This document shows, one piece after another, positions 53,746 through 63,979 of a stretch of 64,000 nucleotides of DNA. A model generated the notes under the pieces. The model saw nothing but the letters and a program-made list of their open reading frames with translations. It was not told where the DNA came from and made no database searches. A program made the translations under genes and the position numbers. This DNA comes from an uncultured Bacteroidales bacterium. GTDB lineage: Bacteria > Bacteroidota > Bacteroidia > Bacteroidales > FEN-979. The stretch lies in the NCBI GenBank assembly GCA_903916595.1, contig CAIWXI010000049.1:23396-87395 (forward strand), in the 5' to 3' direction. Each line of letters opens with the position of its first letter. Positions within the stretch are counted from its first letter, which is position 1.

Positions 53746-54837
53746 ATGAAGATCGGCATCCTTGGCACGCGGGGTATTCCCAATAATTACGGGGGGTTTG
53801 AGCAATTTGCCGAGCATTTATCTGTAGGGTTGGTTCAGCGGGGACATGACGTATGGGTGTACAATTCACATAACCATCCATTCACTGAAAATAGCTGGCA
53901 TGGCGTAAATATTATCCATCGTTATGATCCCGAAGATTACATAGGTATTCCCGGACAGTTTATCTATGATTTTAATTGCATCGTCGACTCCCGCAAACGC
54001 AATTTTGACATTCTTCTCCAACTAGGCTATACAAGTAATTCGATCTGGCACCGGCTCTTGCCTGAGAGAGCAAAGATTGTCACCAATATGGATGGCCTGG
54101 AATGGCAGCGCAGCAAATACAGCAAACCCGTGAAACGGTTTTTGAAATTTGCGGAAAAACTTGCGGTGAAAAGCAGCAACTACCTTATTGCCGATTCAGA
54201 AGTTATCCTGAACTACCTGTCGAAAACCTACCAGGTCCCCGTTACTTTCATACCCTATGGGGCTGACATTTTTGAATCAGCTTATGAAGACGCATTAATT
54301 CCTTTCAAGGTTAACCCGCGTGAATATTTTCTGATCATTGCTCGAATGCAACCCGACAATCACATTGAAGAAATTATAAACGGAGTGTTACTTTCAAAGA
54401 CCATAATGCCGCTTTTGATTGTTGGGAACTGCAGAAACAGATACGGACGATCGCTCCGGACAACATATGAGTCTGAAAAAATCAGGTTTCCGGGACCAAT
54501 TTTTGAAAAAGAGAAACTAAATAATTTACGGTATTTTTCCCGGCTTTATTTTCACGGTCATTCATCCGGCGGAACGAATCCATCGCTGCTTGAAGCCATG
54601 GCCGCTTCGGCACCGATATGTGCGCATGATAATCCCTTTAGCCATGAAGTCTTAGGGAATAATGCCAGGTACTTCTCCAACGCATCACAAATTTCGGAGA
54701 TGATTGATGAAAATCAAAACCAAATTGTAAATCCGGATTTTATCATTGAAAACATTGAAAGGATAAGATTTAAATATAACTGGGTTACATTGATACAATC
54801 GTACGAAACCATGTTCCAAAAAGCTGTTTCTAATTAA
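53746..54837 (+). CDS. glycosyltransferase family 4 (GT-B) with a DUF1972-type N-terminus
   Basis: MKIGILGTRGIPNNYGGFEQFAEHLSVGLVQRGHDVWVY is the DUF1972-type start of rhamnosyl/glucosyl transferases. C-terminal GHSSGGTNPSLLEAMA. Confidence 0.8.
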   Translation: MKIGILGTRGIPNNYGGFEQFAEHLSVGLVQRGHDVWVYNSHNHPFTENSWHGVNIIHRYDPEDYIGIPGQFIYDFNCIVDSRKRNFDILLQLGYTSNSIWHRLLPERAKIVTNMDGLEWQRSKYSKPVKRFLKFAEKLAVKSSNYLIADSEVILNYLSKTYQVPVTFIPYGADIFESAYEDALIPFKVNPREYFLIIARMQPDNHIEEIINGVLLSKTIMPLLIVGNCRNRYGRSLRTTYESEKIRFPGPIFEKEKLNNLRYFSRLYFHGHSSGGTNPSLLEAMAASAPICAHDNPFSHEVLGNNARYFSNASQISEMIDENQNQIVNPDFIIENIERIRFKYNWVTLIQSYETMFQKAVSN

Positions 54838-54867
54838 ATTCACCTCGGAATTCGTTCAGTTTTTTCA

Positions 54868-54875
54868 TAAATTTG
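54868..54875 (+). promoter_or_regulatory. -7 box TAaaTTTG upstream of/overlapping the annotated start of the initiating sugar transferase
   Basis: Consensus match. Its last three nt are the track's TTG start. Confidence 0.35.
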
Positions 54876-56282
54876 CCGGAAAAATTGTTGCATAAACCTG
54901 ATTTGCCGCGAACTTTCGCCAGATATATACCAATCCTTTCACTTGCGGGAGATTTTATCCTTTTAAACCTTTTTTTTGTAGCAGGGTTTTGTTATTTCAA
55001 GGTCGACGGTTCATATTTTGCACCCCGGTATTTACTGTTTTACATCTACCTTAACCTTATCTGGTTAATCCTGGTTCTGTTTTTTGGCACACATAAGATC
55101 GATCAGAATACAAGTAAAAAATCGATTCTTTTTAAATCCTTCAACATTACTGTCTTTTTCTTTTTCCTGTTTTTGCTCTATTTCCAGGTCACTCCCTTGT
55201 CTTATTATCCAAGGGATACTATCAAATATCTATTCCCGGTCTTCTTTATCTTTATTCTTACATGGAAGTTCCTGTTGTATTACGCATTCTATTTTTATCG
55301 TAAAATGGGGTTCAGTCTCAGGAATGTCATCATTTTAGGCTATACTCCCTTAACCATTGACTTGCAGATTTTTTTTCAGAACAACAAATGGGCAGGTTAC
55401 AGCTTCCTGGGTTTTTTCAGTGGAAAAAATGAAGACAATCCAAATATTCTGGGACGATGGCCTGATCTCAAAGCGTTTTTAGATTCAAACCAGGTCGATG
55501 AAATTTATGTTGCTTTAAATGAGATCCCTCGTGACATCCTTCCTGAAATTAACGAGATCATCGACGGGCATCCAGTAAAGGTCCGTATTGTACCTGATCT
55601 CGGAGCCTTTTCTTTTAAAAGTGCAGAGCTCGTCAACTATGGTGCATTGCCTGTCTTGAAAATTCACCGTGGCCCCTTGAGTTACTGGTCTAATCGTTTG
55701 ATCAAACGGGTGTTCGATGTGCTGCTTTCCATTTTTATGATTCTCTTTGTGGTTTCCTGGATCAGTTTGCTTCTATACCTGCTTTCACGTTGTGGCATCT
55801 GTGATGGTGTTTTTTTCAGGCAAACGAGGACAGGTATTGATGGACATCAATATACCTGCATTAAGTTCCGCACCATGAAGAGAAGTTTTGATGCTGATTT
55901 GAAACAAGCAACCCGGGATGATCACCGCGTCTCAAAAACAGGAAAAATTTTGCGAAAATACAGTTTGGATGAACTGCCACAATTCTTCAACGTTTTTTTA
56001 GGTGAGATGTCGGTAGTCGGGCCCCGTCCTCACATGCTTGCACATACCGGGCAATACAGGAAAATGATCAGACAGTTCATGCTCCGGCATACGGTTAAAC
56101 CCGGGATCACGGGCCTGGCGCAGGTAGAAGGATACAGGGGAGAAATCAGGGATGTGAATGATATCAGGAGACGGGTTGATTGTGATGTGCAGTATATTGT
56201 AAATTGGTCGATAATCCTGGATATAAAAATCATGCTAAAAACGATTTGGGTCATTATCAATGGGCAGGAAGAAGCCTATTGA
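54873..56282 (+). CDS. polyprenyl-phosphate hexose-1-phosphate transferase (WbaP/WcaJ-type initiating enzyme)
   Basis: Five N-terminal TM helices and a C-terminal bacterial sugar-transferase domain (KRVFDVLLS..., DELPQFFNVFLGEMSVVGPRP, PGITGLAQV). Start uncertain: the track TTG is the end of a TAaaTTTG box and other in-frame TTGs follow at ~54885-54890. Confidence 0.8.
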   Translation: MPEKLLHKPDLPRTFARYIPILSLAGDFILLNLFFVAGFCYFKVDGSYFAPRYLLFYIYLNLIWLILVLFFGTHKIDQNTSKKSILFKSFNITVFFFFLFLLYFQVTPLSYYPRDTIKYLFPVFFIFILTWKFLLYYAFYFYRKMGFSLRNVIILGYTPLTIDLQIFFQNNKWAGYSFLGFFSGKNEDNPNILGRWPDLKAFLDSNQVDEIYVALNEIPRDILPEINEIIDGHPVKVRIVPDLGAFSFKSAELVNYGALPVLKIHRGPLSYWSNRLIKRVFDVLLSIFMILFVVSWISLLLYLLSRCGICDGVFFRQTRTGIDGHQYTCIKFRTMKRSFDADLKQATRDDHRVSKTGKILRKYSLDELPQFFNVFLGEMSVVGPRPHMLAHTGQYRKMIRQFMLRHTVKPGITGLAQVEGYRGEIRDVNDIRRRVDCDVQYIVNWSIILDIKIMLKTIWVIINGQEEAY

Positions 56283-56387
56283 AAATAATTCATCTGAATC
56301 AGGCTTTCTTAATAATTACAGGGTTTTGCACTCCTATTATTAATTCCTTTGGACATGGGGGCGAAGGAGCGAAGCTTTAAATTATAA

Positions 56388-57554
56388 TTGCACAATAAAC
56401 CTGTCATGACGTTTTTTCATCATATACCCAATATTTTCAAGATTTTATTTCATTTTTCAATTCTCAATTATCTTGCCAGGCCAAGATCTCATCAACGCGG
56501 CTATAATGTGTTTGGATACTTTTCAAAAATTGTTGGCGCAGGGCAGGATGCGCGTGGGTTTGCTGATGAATTAATAAGAAATGGTGATGAATTTGTTCTG
56601 GTTGATTTTTACCAGAAAACGCATAAGCACATTGCCCGATCAGAGGAAAATCCATACAGAAAATATTATTTCAGGAAGTTTATCTATCATACAAATATAT
56701 TTTTTATTGACCCTGCTCAATGGCAAAAAGTCAGAAAAAAAATACCCACGCTGTTTTTAAAAAACAAACACAATATCATCACCTTCTGGTGGGAGTTTGA
56801 AAGTGGATTTGAGGATAGGATTCCTATACTCAACGAATTTAATGAGGTATATGTTTTCAGTGATTTCATATGGAATATATTGAATTCCGTCGATAACAGG
56901 AACTTCAAGATTACCAGGATTAAATACCCGTTTGCAAAAAACTGGATCATTGAGCATGATCCGTTAACAGTAAAAAGGAAATACAATCTGGAAGGAAAGT
57001 TTTGCTTCTTTTTCAATTTTGACTATTTGAGCAGCTATAACAGGAAAAATCCTGAAGCGATTTTATGCGCGATTGCCGAAGAATTTCCAGATGAGGCAGG
57101 TGTTGTTTTAATTGTAAAAACAAACAACAGCAACAGGTTTGAAGAAAAGGAACACAACTTTTTGAACAAGATAAAAAACCTGGGACTGAATGGCCGGGTT
57201 GTTGTCATCAACGATCCACTTTCAAGAAATGGGTTCATGACCCTGCTAAATGCCATGGATTGCTATATCTCCCTGCACCGGGGTGAGGGGCTGGGGCTTG
57301 GTATTTTAGAGGCGCTTGCACTGAACAAACCAGTCATTGCAACCAATTATGGAGGGAATTCAGAATATATGAACAATCCGCTTGCCATGGCTGTTCCATA
57401 TTCAATGATTCCAGCAAACGACGACTACGAACCGTATAAAAATGTGAAATTCTGGGCTGAACCTGACATCAGCGCGGCCAAAAAGTTTATGCGAACTGTT
57501 TTCAACGAGAAAATGCTGATAGCTCATGATTCAAATAGAAATTATGATATATAA
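56388..57554 (+). CDS. glycosyltransferase family 1/4 (GT-B)
   Basis: C-terminal HRGEGLGLGILEALALNKPVIATNYGGNSEYM (E-x7-E region). The start may be ATG 56406. Confidence 0.75.
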   Translation: MHNKPVMTFFHHIPNIFKILFHFSILNYLARPRSHQRGYNVFGYFSKIVGAGQDARGFADELIRNGDEFVLVDFYQKTHKHIARSEENPYRKYYFRKFIYHTNIFFIDPAQWQKVRKKIPTLFLKNKHNIITFWWEFESGFEDRIPILNEFNEVYVFSDFIWNILNSVDNRNFKITRIKYPFAKNWIIEHDPLTVKRKYNLEGKFCFFFNFDYLSSYNRKNPEAILCAIAEEFPDEAGVVLIVKTNNSNRFEEKEHNFLNKIKNLGLNGRVVVINDPLSRNGFMTLLNAMDCYISLHRGEGLGLGILEALALNKPVIATNYGGNSEYMNNPLAMAVPYSMIPANDDYEPYKNVKFWAEPDISAAKKFMRTVFNEKMLIAHDSNRNYDI

Positions 57555-57563
57555 AACTGTGGA

Positions 57564-60005
57564 ATGTTGAGCGATTTTATAATAAAGAATGGATTGGTAA
57601 TTCTTGGCTATGGCCTGCCTGGTTTTCTTTTCCTGTTCGGGTTGAGCTATTTTGTGAAGTTTGCCAGGCGAAACAAATATTTTTCCGGAATGCAGCTGAT
57701 GAGTATGTTTGTTCGGGCAAACCCAAAAAAGACCATTTCATTTGTCGGGCTTTTTGCAGCAATTATAAGTTGTTACCCTATTGTATTTTGTGGGATGAGT
57801 TTTGTGCCGCCTGCCCAAAATCCCGCTTGTCATTTATTTGGATGGGAAATACAATTTGTTTTATCTAAAATTCTTTTTGCAGTTGGAATAGGCTTGCTCG
57901 TATTTCTATTTACTAATAATTTTCTTGCGGGTTCATTGATTGCTTTCTCCAGCTGTTTTTCTGGTTTTTTCGCGTATCAAAATAACCATCCCGATTTTTT
58001 TGGTTTGATGTATGCTCCCTGGATTGTGATTATCTGGAACCAATTTGGATGGACTTTGAATCAACCTCATCCGGATCTGAGAAAAAGCCTGATCCATGGT
58101 TTATTGCTGGCTGCAATCACCTGGCTGCAGCTTAATACGGGCCCTCCCATTGAAGGTGTTGTAACAGCTTGTTTTATGCATGCATTGGGAATGTTTGTTT
58201 TTATGTACCGTGTGAGATATCGCTTGGGTCTGTTACGATCCTTGCTTCTTACAATTGGCTTCGGACTTGCGATTGTTATGATTTCATCGCCATACTGGTT
58301 GCTTTTTTTTGATACCATTAGCAAGTCTTACACAAACTATGATATTCCAGAGGTTCAGACATTCCCGCTTTGGAAACTAATCGGATTTTTCGATAATTTC
58401 TTTTTTCAACAGATAGATGGAACCCTGGGCGGACCTTCTTCGAATATATTTATCCTAATATGTGTTACAAGCGCAATTCTATGTATTAGATGGTATAAAT
58501 CGATTATCACAAATGTAACAGCGATATTGTTTTTTTTGGCATTGGCAATTGCCTTTGGAGTAATTCCAACATCTGTTTTGAGTTCTATTCCCCTTATCAG
58601 GGATATAATCCATGTAAATACCACTTTTTCGGAGCCTTTGATGATTCTTGGATTAATTCTTTCAGGGTTTGGTATCAAATACTATATTCTGGCATCAAAA
58701 AAACAAAAAATAATAATTCTTATTCTGGCATTTTCTGTTTTTGCCGGTCTGTGCATAATGTATCTGTTGGCAATCATTTATTTACAACCCGCTGTTGTAT
58801 ATGGAGGAAAGTCAATCTGGTTAATTTTCCCATTCTTCGCTATAGTGCTCACAGCGCTTTGGCAGTTGTATCGACAGTCTGAATCAGGAATGTGGAGTAA
58901 GCATATCCTGATCATATTGGCATTTTGCTTTTTGCTATTACATGTAAGTCACGGTATGTATTTAACGACTGGCCAGGGTATTGTAATGCCGCATGAAACC
59001 TTTTATCCTGAACACTATGCAGCCAAACTGAATCAGGGTTTGATTCTCCCGGCATCCGGAATGATTTTGATGCTTATACTTTCTCTACTTCTTCCCGGGT
59101 TTAATTACTTGAAAAGCAGAAATAAAAAGTTAGAAAATAATTCAGTTAATGAAGGAAATCTGACCCTGAATAAAACCGTGAAAGTATTAAGATTAAAACC
59201 TAATTTAGGATTAGGTGATCTTCTTATTTATTTATCGTATATAAAGCAACACTATAATGATTATGATAAATTTCAGATTGTTTTTGATTTTGAAAAATTA
59301 TTATACTGGAGAAATGATTCTCAGAGTATAGCAAACTTCACAAAAGATTTAGTGGCAATATGGTTTAATGATTCAAAAATCGAGATTCTGAATCATTTGG
59401 ATGAATCTGATTATACAGACAGGCTGGAATTGTACAGTAATGTTAAACGTGAATTTTTAAGACCGGTTAAATTAAATAATATTCTAGATCAACCATATAT
59501 TTGCATAGGAACAAAAGTAAGACTTGAAGATTATTATTATTATCTATCTTATAAAGATAAGTTTTTAGATGCCTTAACTATTTTATCTGAAAAGTATAAA
59601 ATAGTTATTATGGGAGAAAGAGAAACAAAGTTTAATAAAGAAATTGCGGATATTCGCGAATTAAATTCGGGTTTGTTTTTAATTTATAATGATTTAATAA
59701 ACAATATAGATAAAAGCAAATTAATAGATTTAACAAGGGAGGAAATCTTGCATGACAATAATGTGGCTGATTTTTATAAGGATGCCATGATATTGAAAAA
59801 TTCAGAATTTACCACCTGCATTGGTGGTGGCGGTTTTCATCTCATCGCAATGTCGTTTGCCCGAAAGGTAATCGGTTATAGAAGTTATGGTTCGGAAGAT
59901 GCTGATAATTTTTTATCAGGAAAACTGATTAATGATGAAAATTTGTTTTTAACAAATGATATTGATTTGTATATTGAAAAATTGATAAATTATAAAAACA
60001 CTTAA
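57564..60005 (+). CDS. 813-aa polytopic membrane protein fused to a C-terminal GT9-like (heptosyltransferase-fold-like) soluble domain
   Basis: Residues 1-~530 are almost continuous hydrophobic helices. The C-terminal ~280 aa show VLRLKPNLGLGDLLIYLSYIK and CIGGGGFHLIAMSFARKVIGY, reminiscent of the GT9 N- and C-terminal motifs (recollection-level). The DNA of the C-terminal part is AT-rich. Confidence 0.6.
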   Translation: MLSDFIIKNGLVILGYGLPGFLFLFGLSYFVKFARRNKYFSGMQLMSMFVRANPKKTISFVGLFAAIISCYPIVFCGMSFVPPAQNPACHLFGWEIQFVLSKILFAVGIGLLVFLFTNNFLAGSLIAFSSCFSGFFAYQNNHPDFFGLMYAPWIVIIWNQFGWTLNQPHPDLRKSLIHGLLLAAITWLQLNTGPPIEGVVTACFMHALGMFVFMYRVRYRLGLLRSLLLTIGFGLAIVMISSPYWLLFFDTISKSYTNYDIPEVQTFPLWKLIGFFDNFFFQQIDGTLGGPSSNIFILICVTSAILCIRWYKSIITNVTAILFFLALAIAFGVIPTSVLSSIPLIRDIIHVNTTFSEPLMILGLILSGFGIKYYILASKKQKIIILILAFSVFAGLCIMYLLAIIYLQPAVVYGGKSIWLIFPFFAIVLTALWQLYRQSESGMWSKHILIILAFCFLLLHVSHGMYLTTGQGIVMPHETFYPEHYAAKLNQGLILPASGMILMLILSLLLPGFNYLKSRNKKLENNSVNEGNLTLNKTVKVLRLKPNLGLGDLLIYLSYIKQHYNDYDKFQIVFDFEKLLYWRNDSQSIANFTKDLVAIWFNDSKIEILNHLDESDYTDRLELYSNVKREFLRPVKLNNILDQPYICIGTKVRLEDYYYYLSYKDKFLDALTILSEKYKIVIMGERETKFNKEIADIRELNSGLFLIYNDLINNIDKSKLIDLTREEILHDNNVADFYKDAMILKNSEFTTCIGGGGFHLIAMSFARKVIGYRSYGSEDADNFLSGKLINDENLFLTNDIDLYIEKLINYKNT

Positions 60006-60008
60006 GAT

Positions 60009-60317
60009 ATGGCTGATACTTTAGGCGGATTAATAGATAAATTAAATACCGCAGATTTGAAAATGTGGAATAATCAGGAAATTCTCTATGAAATCAGAAG
60101 AATGTCTTTTGAAGAATACAAGGAGAAATATTTTAACTCTGAACAAGGAGCAGAATTATTATGGTCGGTACTGAAAAAAGCCTGTGATATTAATGTTCAA
60201 AGGAATCAGTTAATAGATGAAATTGATGAAAAGATTATTGAAATGATTGATGCCCGATTGTCGGGTGAGAATCTGGATGATGGAAAATATGTGCAGAGAA
60301 AACATAAAACCTATTAA
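60009..60317 (+). CDS. small helical protein, DUF4254-like (family seen beside GT9 genes; recollection)
   Basis: 102 aa. LIDKLNTADLKMWNNQE motif. Begins 3 nt after the preceding stop. Confidence 0.5.
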   Translation: MADTLGGLIDKLNTADLKMWNNQEILYEIRRMSFEEYKEKYFNSEQGAELLWSVLKKACDINVQRNQLIDEIDEKIIEMIDARLSGENLDDGKYVQRKHKTY

Positions 60318-60760
60318 TGAATTATAAATATTTTGAGATTTCAGATATCCATGAATTTCTGAAATTTATTGATTCCAACCTTAAAGATATAAAATATTTT
60401 CATCCTCATAAATTTGATTATGAATCGGTTAAATCTATAATAGAAAACAAAAAGGAAGATATTTATCTTTTATTTTATGAAAGAAATATGATCATTGGTT
60501 ATGGCATATTAAGAGGATGGGATGAGGGATATTCAATTCCAAGTTTAGGTATTTTAATTGATAAATCGGTCAGAGGATCTGGGTATTCCAGGCGAATATT
60601 AAATATTTTGCATGAAATTTCTAAGAGCAGGTTTTCCGACTTTATCAGACTGACAGTAAAAACAGATAATACTATAGCTATTAACTTTTATGAAAAGAAT
60701 GGATATGAATTTAAGAAGTATAATAAGGATTCTTTAGAGGGCTTTTATAAAATAAATTAG
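60317..60760 (+). CDS. GNAT family N-acetyltransferase
   Basis: IIGYGILRGW...LGILIDKSVRGSGYSRRIL (acetyl-CoA P-loop-like R/Q-x-x-G-x-G/A) ...AINFYEKNGYEF. Confidence 0.75.
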   Translation: MNYKYFEISDIHEFLKFIDSNLKDIKYFHPHKFDYESVKSIIENKKEDIYLLFYERNMIIGYGILRGWDEGYSIPSLGILIDKSVRGSGYSRRILNILHEISKSRFSDFIRLTVKTDNTIAINFYEKNGYEFKKYNKDSLEGFYKIN

Positions 60761-60766
60761 CCATAT

Positions 60767-61420
60767 ATGGATTTAAATAATATACAGTGTCCAATATGTG
60801 GTTCAAAAAACCTGACACCTAAGAATTCTTTTTGTATTTTTATGAAGAAGAAAATATATAGATTTAAATGTGCTGATTGTGATTTGATTTTTGGACCCAT
60901 TGAATATATAAATCTTACTAAAAACCAATTAGCGGATAAATATAAGGAATTGTATAAAAGCTATGCAGAAAATGATTCGACTGAATATGAAGTAAAAACC
61001 TTTTTAAGTTTATTTCCTGAAAAAGGAGGTTCCTATCTCAATTATGGTAGTGGAAAATGGTCTAAATCAAAAGAGATAATCAATAGTATGGGATATACTA
61101 TCGATTGTTTTGATTTTTCTTTTAATGATGTTGATACTTTATTGTCAAAAAAATATGACGGTATTATATCTAATAACTTAATTGAACACTTACAACATCC
61201 GGTAGAAGATTTTTTATTATTCAGGGACTTATTAAAAGAAGGTAAAATGATGGCACATTCAACCCCGTGCTATGAATATAGATATGATTATTCTATATTC
61301 CATTTGTATTTCTTTATAGGCAGATCGTTAGAATTATTGGCTAAAAAAACAGGATTTGAATTGGAGCATTATATACAAGATGGAGAGTATATTCTTAAAA
61401 GATTTATTAAAACAGATTAA
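60767..61420 (+). CDS. class I SAM-dependent methyltransferase with an N-terminal Cys4 zinc ribbon
   Basis: CPICGS...CADC ribbon, YLNYGSGKW (motif I-like) and YDGIISNNLIEHLQHP (motif II/III region). Confidence 0.65.
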   Translation: MDLNNIQCPICGSKNLTPKNSFCIFMKKKIYRFKCADCDLIFGPIEYINLTKNQLADKYKELYKSYAENDSTEYEVKTFLSLFPEKGGSYLNYGSGKWSKSKEIINSMGYTIDCFDFSFNDVDTLLSKKYDGIISNNLIEHLQHPVEDFLLFRDLLKEGKMMAHSTPCYEYRYDYSIFHLYFFIGRSLELLAKKTGFELEHYIQDGEYILKRFIKTD

Positions 61421-61434
61421 CGAAAAATCAGGAA

Positions 61435-62397
61435 ATGCCAGGTTTGGAAAAGGCAAATAAATACATTGAGAATAGAAAAATGATCAAAAAAGCAATAAGA
61501 AAAATAGCTCATTTAATAGGAAATTCTATTACAATTCCTGACCATACGAATAATGAAACATCCCTATTGGCAATTGGAGCGATGTTGTCGAAACAGCAAT
61601 ATTCAATGAATTCCAATAATATCAATGATTATGAGTTTAAGATATTCAGTCAGTTTGGTGATGACGGAATCATTCAGTACCTGATTAAGAATGTCGAAAT
61701 CAGGAATGAAATTTTCATAGAGTTTGGTGTTGAAAATTATCTGGAATCAAACACGAGGTTCCTGATGATGAATAACAATTGGTCCGGTTTTGTAATGGAT
61801 AGTTCTGAGGAAGCAATTAATAGTCTTAAAAATCAGGATTGGTATCCGAACTTCTGTTTAACTCATAAAGCTGTTTTTATTGACAAGGATAATATCAACG
61901 CATTGTTGGAAAGTGCCGGTTTCTCAAACATCGGGCTGCTGCATATAGACATTGACGGAAATGATTACCATATATTGAAGGAAATTGACATGTCCAGATT
62001 AAATCCTTCAATAATCATTATGGAATATAACAGCGTTTTTGGAAAAGATCGGCATATTACGGTTCCTTACGACAAGAATTTTGTCAGGACAAAATCACAC
62101 TTTAGTAATCTGTATTCCGGGGCTTCGTTGCCGGCGCTCAACTATGTCGCAACAGAAAAGGGATATTCCCTGATTGGCTGTAATCTTGCCGGGAATAATG
62201 CTTATTTTCTCAGAAAAGATTTGCTCAATGAAAAAGTAAAAGAATTATCCATAGAGAAAGCATTCAAAGAAAGCAAATTCAGAGAAAGCCGGAATATTGA
62301 TTTTTCTTTTTCATATTTAACGGGGAATGAAAGACTTGAGGTTATTAAAGGGCTTGAAGTTTTAAATGTAAAAACGAATCAACCCGAAACATTATAA
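61435..62397 (+). CDS. FkbM-like methyltransferase-fold protein
   Basis: SQFGDDGIIQYL...FIEFGVENYLESNTRFL...GLLHIDIDGNDYHILKEI resembles the FkbM family pattern (recollection). The start could be an internal ATG. Confidence 0.5.
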   Translation: MPGLEKANKYIENRKMIKKAIRKIAHLIGNSITIPDHTNNETSLLAIGAMLSKQQYSMNSNNINDYEFKIFSQFGDDGIIQYLIKNVEIRNEIFIEFGVENYLESNTRFLMMNNNWSGFVMDSSEEAINSLKNQDWYPNFCLTHKAVFIDKDNINALLESAGFSNIGLLHIDIDGNDYHILKEIDMSRLNPSIIIMEYNSVFGKDRHITVPYDKNFVRTKSHFSNLYSGASLPALNYVATEKGYSLIGCNLAGNNAYFLRKDLLNEKVKELSIEKAFKESKFRESRNIDFSFSYLTGNERLEVIKGLEVLNVKTNQPETL

Positions 62398-62405
62398 AAG
62401 GGATT

Positions 62406-63236
62406 GTGAATATTTTAAACAGCCGGTTAAGTTTAAATCCAGGGAAATTATTTCCTGTAGCCTGGAGCGATATCAGGGGTACATTCATATGCTACCATGT
62501 GATAACAACCATGGGATGGCAGGATATTGCCACGCGTTACAAGCGAACGCGTTTTGGGGCTTTCTGGCTTACAATCGGAACGGCGGTTACAATCGCAGCT
62601 TTGGGATTTATTTTTGGCAGTTTATTCAAGCAGCCAATAAAGGAATATCTTCCATTTTTGACTATAGGAACGCTGATCTGGAATTTATTAAGCCAATGCC
62701 TTATTGAGGGGAGCAATAGTTTTGTCGTTTCTTCCGGTATCATTCTGCAGGTTCGGCTCCCATTATTTATTCATGTGATGCGTGTATTATGGCGGAATAT
62801 TATAATTCTTGGTCATAATTTGCTGATCCTGCCTTTGGTGTTTCTTATTTTTCTGAGGCCTGTCCCGGTTAATGTTTTGCTGGTGATTCCCGGATTTCTG
62901 CTGCTGACGGCAAACATAAGCTGGATTATGCTGGCTCTGGCAATAATCTGTGCACGTTTCCGCGATGTTTCGCAAATCGTTGCAAATGTGATCCAGATCA
63001 TGTATTTTGTAACACCTGTCATGTGGAATGAGAAGTTGCTGCCGGCCCGCGCCGGGACTGCCATACTCGATTACAATCCGCTTTATCATCTCATCAGCAT
63101 CGTTCGTGCACCCCTGCTCGGCAATTTACCTACAGAAATGAACTGGATTTTTTCATTGATACTGATGGTTGCAGGATGGATACTCACCATGGGCCTCTTC
63201 GGACGTTATCACAAAAGAATTGCATACTGGCTATGA
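62406..63236 (+). CDS. ABC-2 type polysaccharide/O-antigen export permease (Wzm/TagG/KpsM-like)
   Basis: DIATRYKRTRFGAFWLTIGTAVTIAALGFIFG start motif, six TM helices, GTG start. Confidence 0.8.
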   Translation: MNILNSRLSLNPGKLFPVAWSDIRGTFICYHVITTMGWQDIATRYKRTRFGAFWLTIGTAVTIAALGFIFGSLFKQPIKEYLPFLTIGTLIWNLLSQCLIEGSNSFVVSSGIILQVRLPLFIHVMRVLWRNIIILGHNLLILPLVFLIFLRPVPVNVLLVIPGFLLLTANISWIMLALAIICARFRDVSQIVANVIQIMYFVTPVMWNEKLLPARAGTAILDYNPLYHLISIVRAPLLGNLPTEMNWIFSLILMVAGWILTMGLFGRYHKRIAYWL

Positions 63237-63979
63237 TTTCTAAGGCAAATATTCAACTTACAGACGTTACTGTTGATTTCCCGGTGTTCAACGCGGTTAA
63301 CATGTCGCTTAAAAACCGGGTGATGAGCGCTGCCACCGGGGGTGTCCTGGGGCGGCATGATGGACTTGTTGTTGTTCGGAGTTTACAAAATATTAATCTC
63401 AGGATTTCAGCGGGTGAGCGCATTGGATTGATTGGCTCCAATGGCGCCGGCAAGACAACCCTGCTCAGGGTAATTTCAGGCATCTATTATCCAACTGAGG
63501 GGACGGCCCTTATCGAAGGAAATTGTATTTCACTCATTAATATATCCCTCGGCATCGATGCTGAAGCAACCGGCAGGGAGAATATACGATTGAGATCAGC
63601 AATGATGGGATTCACCCCTGCTCAAACAAAAGAGCGGATCGACGAAATAATAAGCTTCTCAGGCCTGGGCGATTTTATTAACATGCCTTTTCGGACCTAT
63701 TCAACGGGGATGCAACTCCGGCTTGCTTTTGCTGTATCCACCTGTATTCATCCACAGATTCTGGTAATGGATGAGTGGCTTTCGACCGGAGATGAAGAAT
63801 TTGCAGGGCGTGCTGATGAACGGCTTAAGAAAGTTATCAATGCTACCGAAATCCTTGTCCTTGCAAGCCATTCCCCCGACCTGCTTAAACGCAATTGCAA
63901 CCGCCTTATCTGGCTCGAACGAGGGGAGATCAGAATGGATGGCAGTGTTGAGGAGGTATCTAAAGCCTATTTCAGGTAG
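63233..63979 (+). CDS. polysaccharide export ABC ATP-binding protein (Wzt/TagH/KpsT-like), no C-terminal glycan-binding extension
   Basis: Start moved to ATG 63233 (ATGA overlap with the permease stop). Walker A GSNGAGKTT, signature YSTGMQLRLAF, Walker B ILVMDEWLSTGD. Confidence 0.85.
   Translation: MISKANIQLTDVTVDFPVFNAVNMSLKNRVMSAATGGVLGRHDGLVVVRSLQNINLRISAGERIGLIGSNGAGKTTLLRVISGIYYPTEGTALIEGNCISLINISLGIDAEATGRENIRLRSAMMGFTPAQTKERIDEIISFSGLGDFINMPFRTYSTGMQLRLAFAVSTCIHPQILVMDEWLSTGDEEFAGRADERLKKVINATEILVLASHSPDLLKRNCNRLIWLERGEIRMDGSVEEVSKAYFR

Noticed and set aside
53576-53760. Integrative element or prophage inserted at tRNA-Arg.
   Set aside because: There is no integrase or recombinase, no repeat of the tRNA 3' end downstream within the window, and the adjacent genes are glycan biosynthesis genes. 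Only a variable-locus boundary is proposed.
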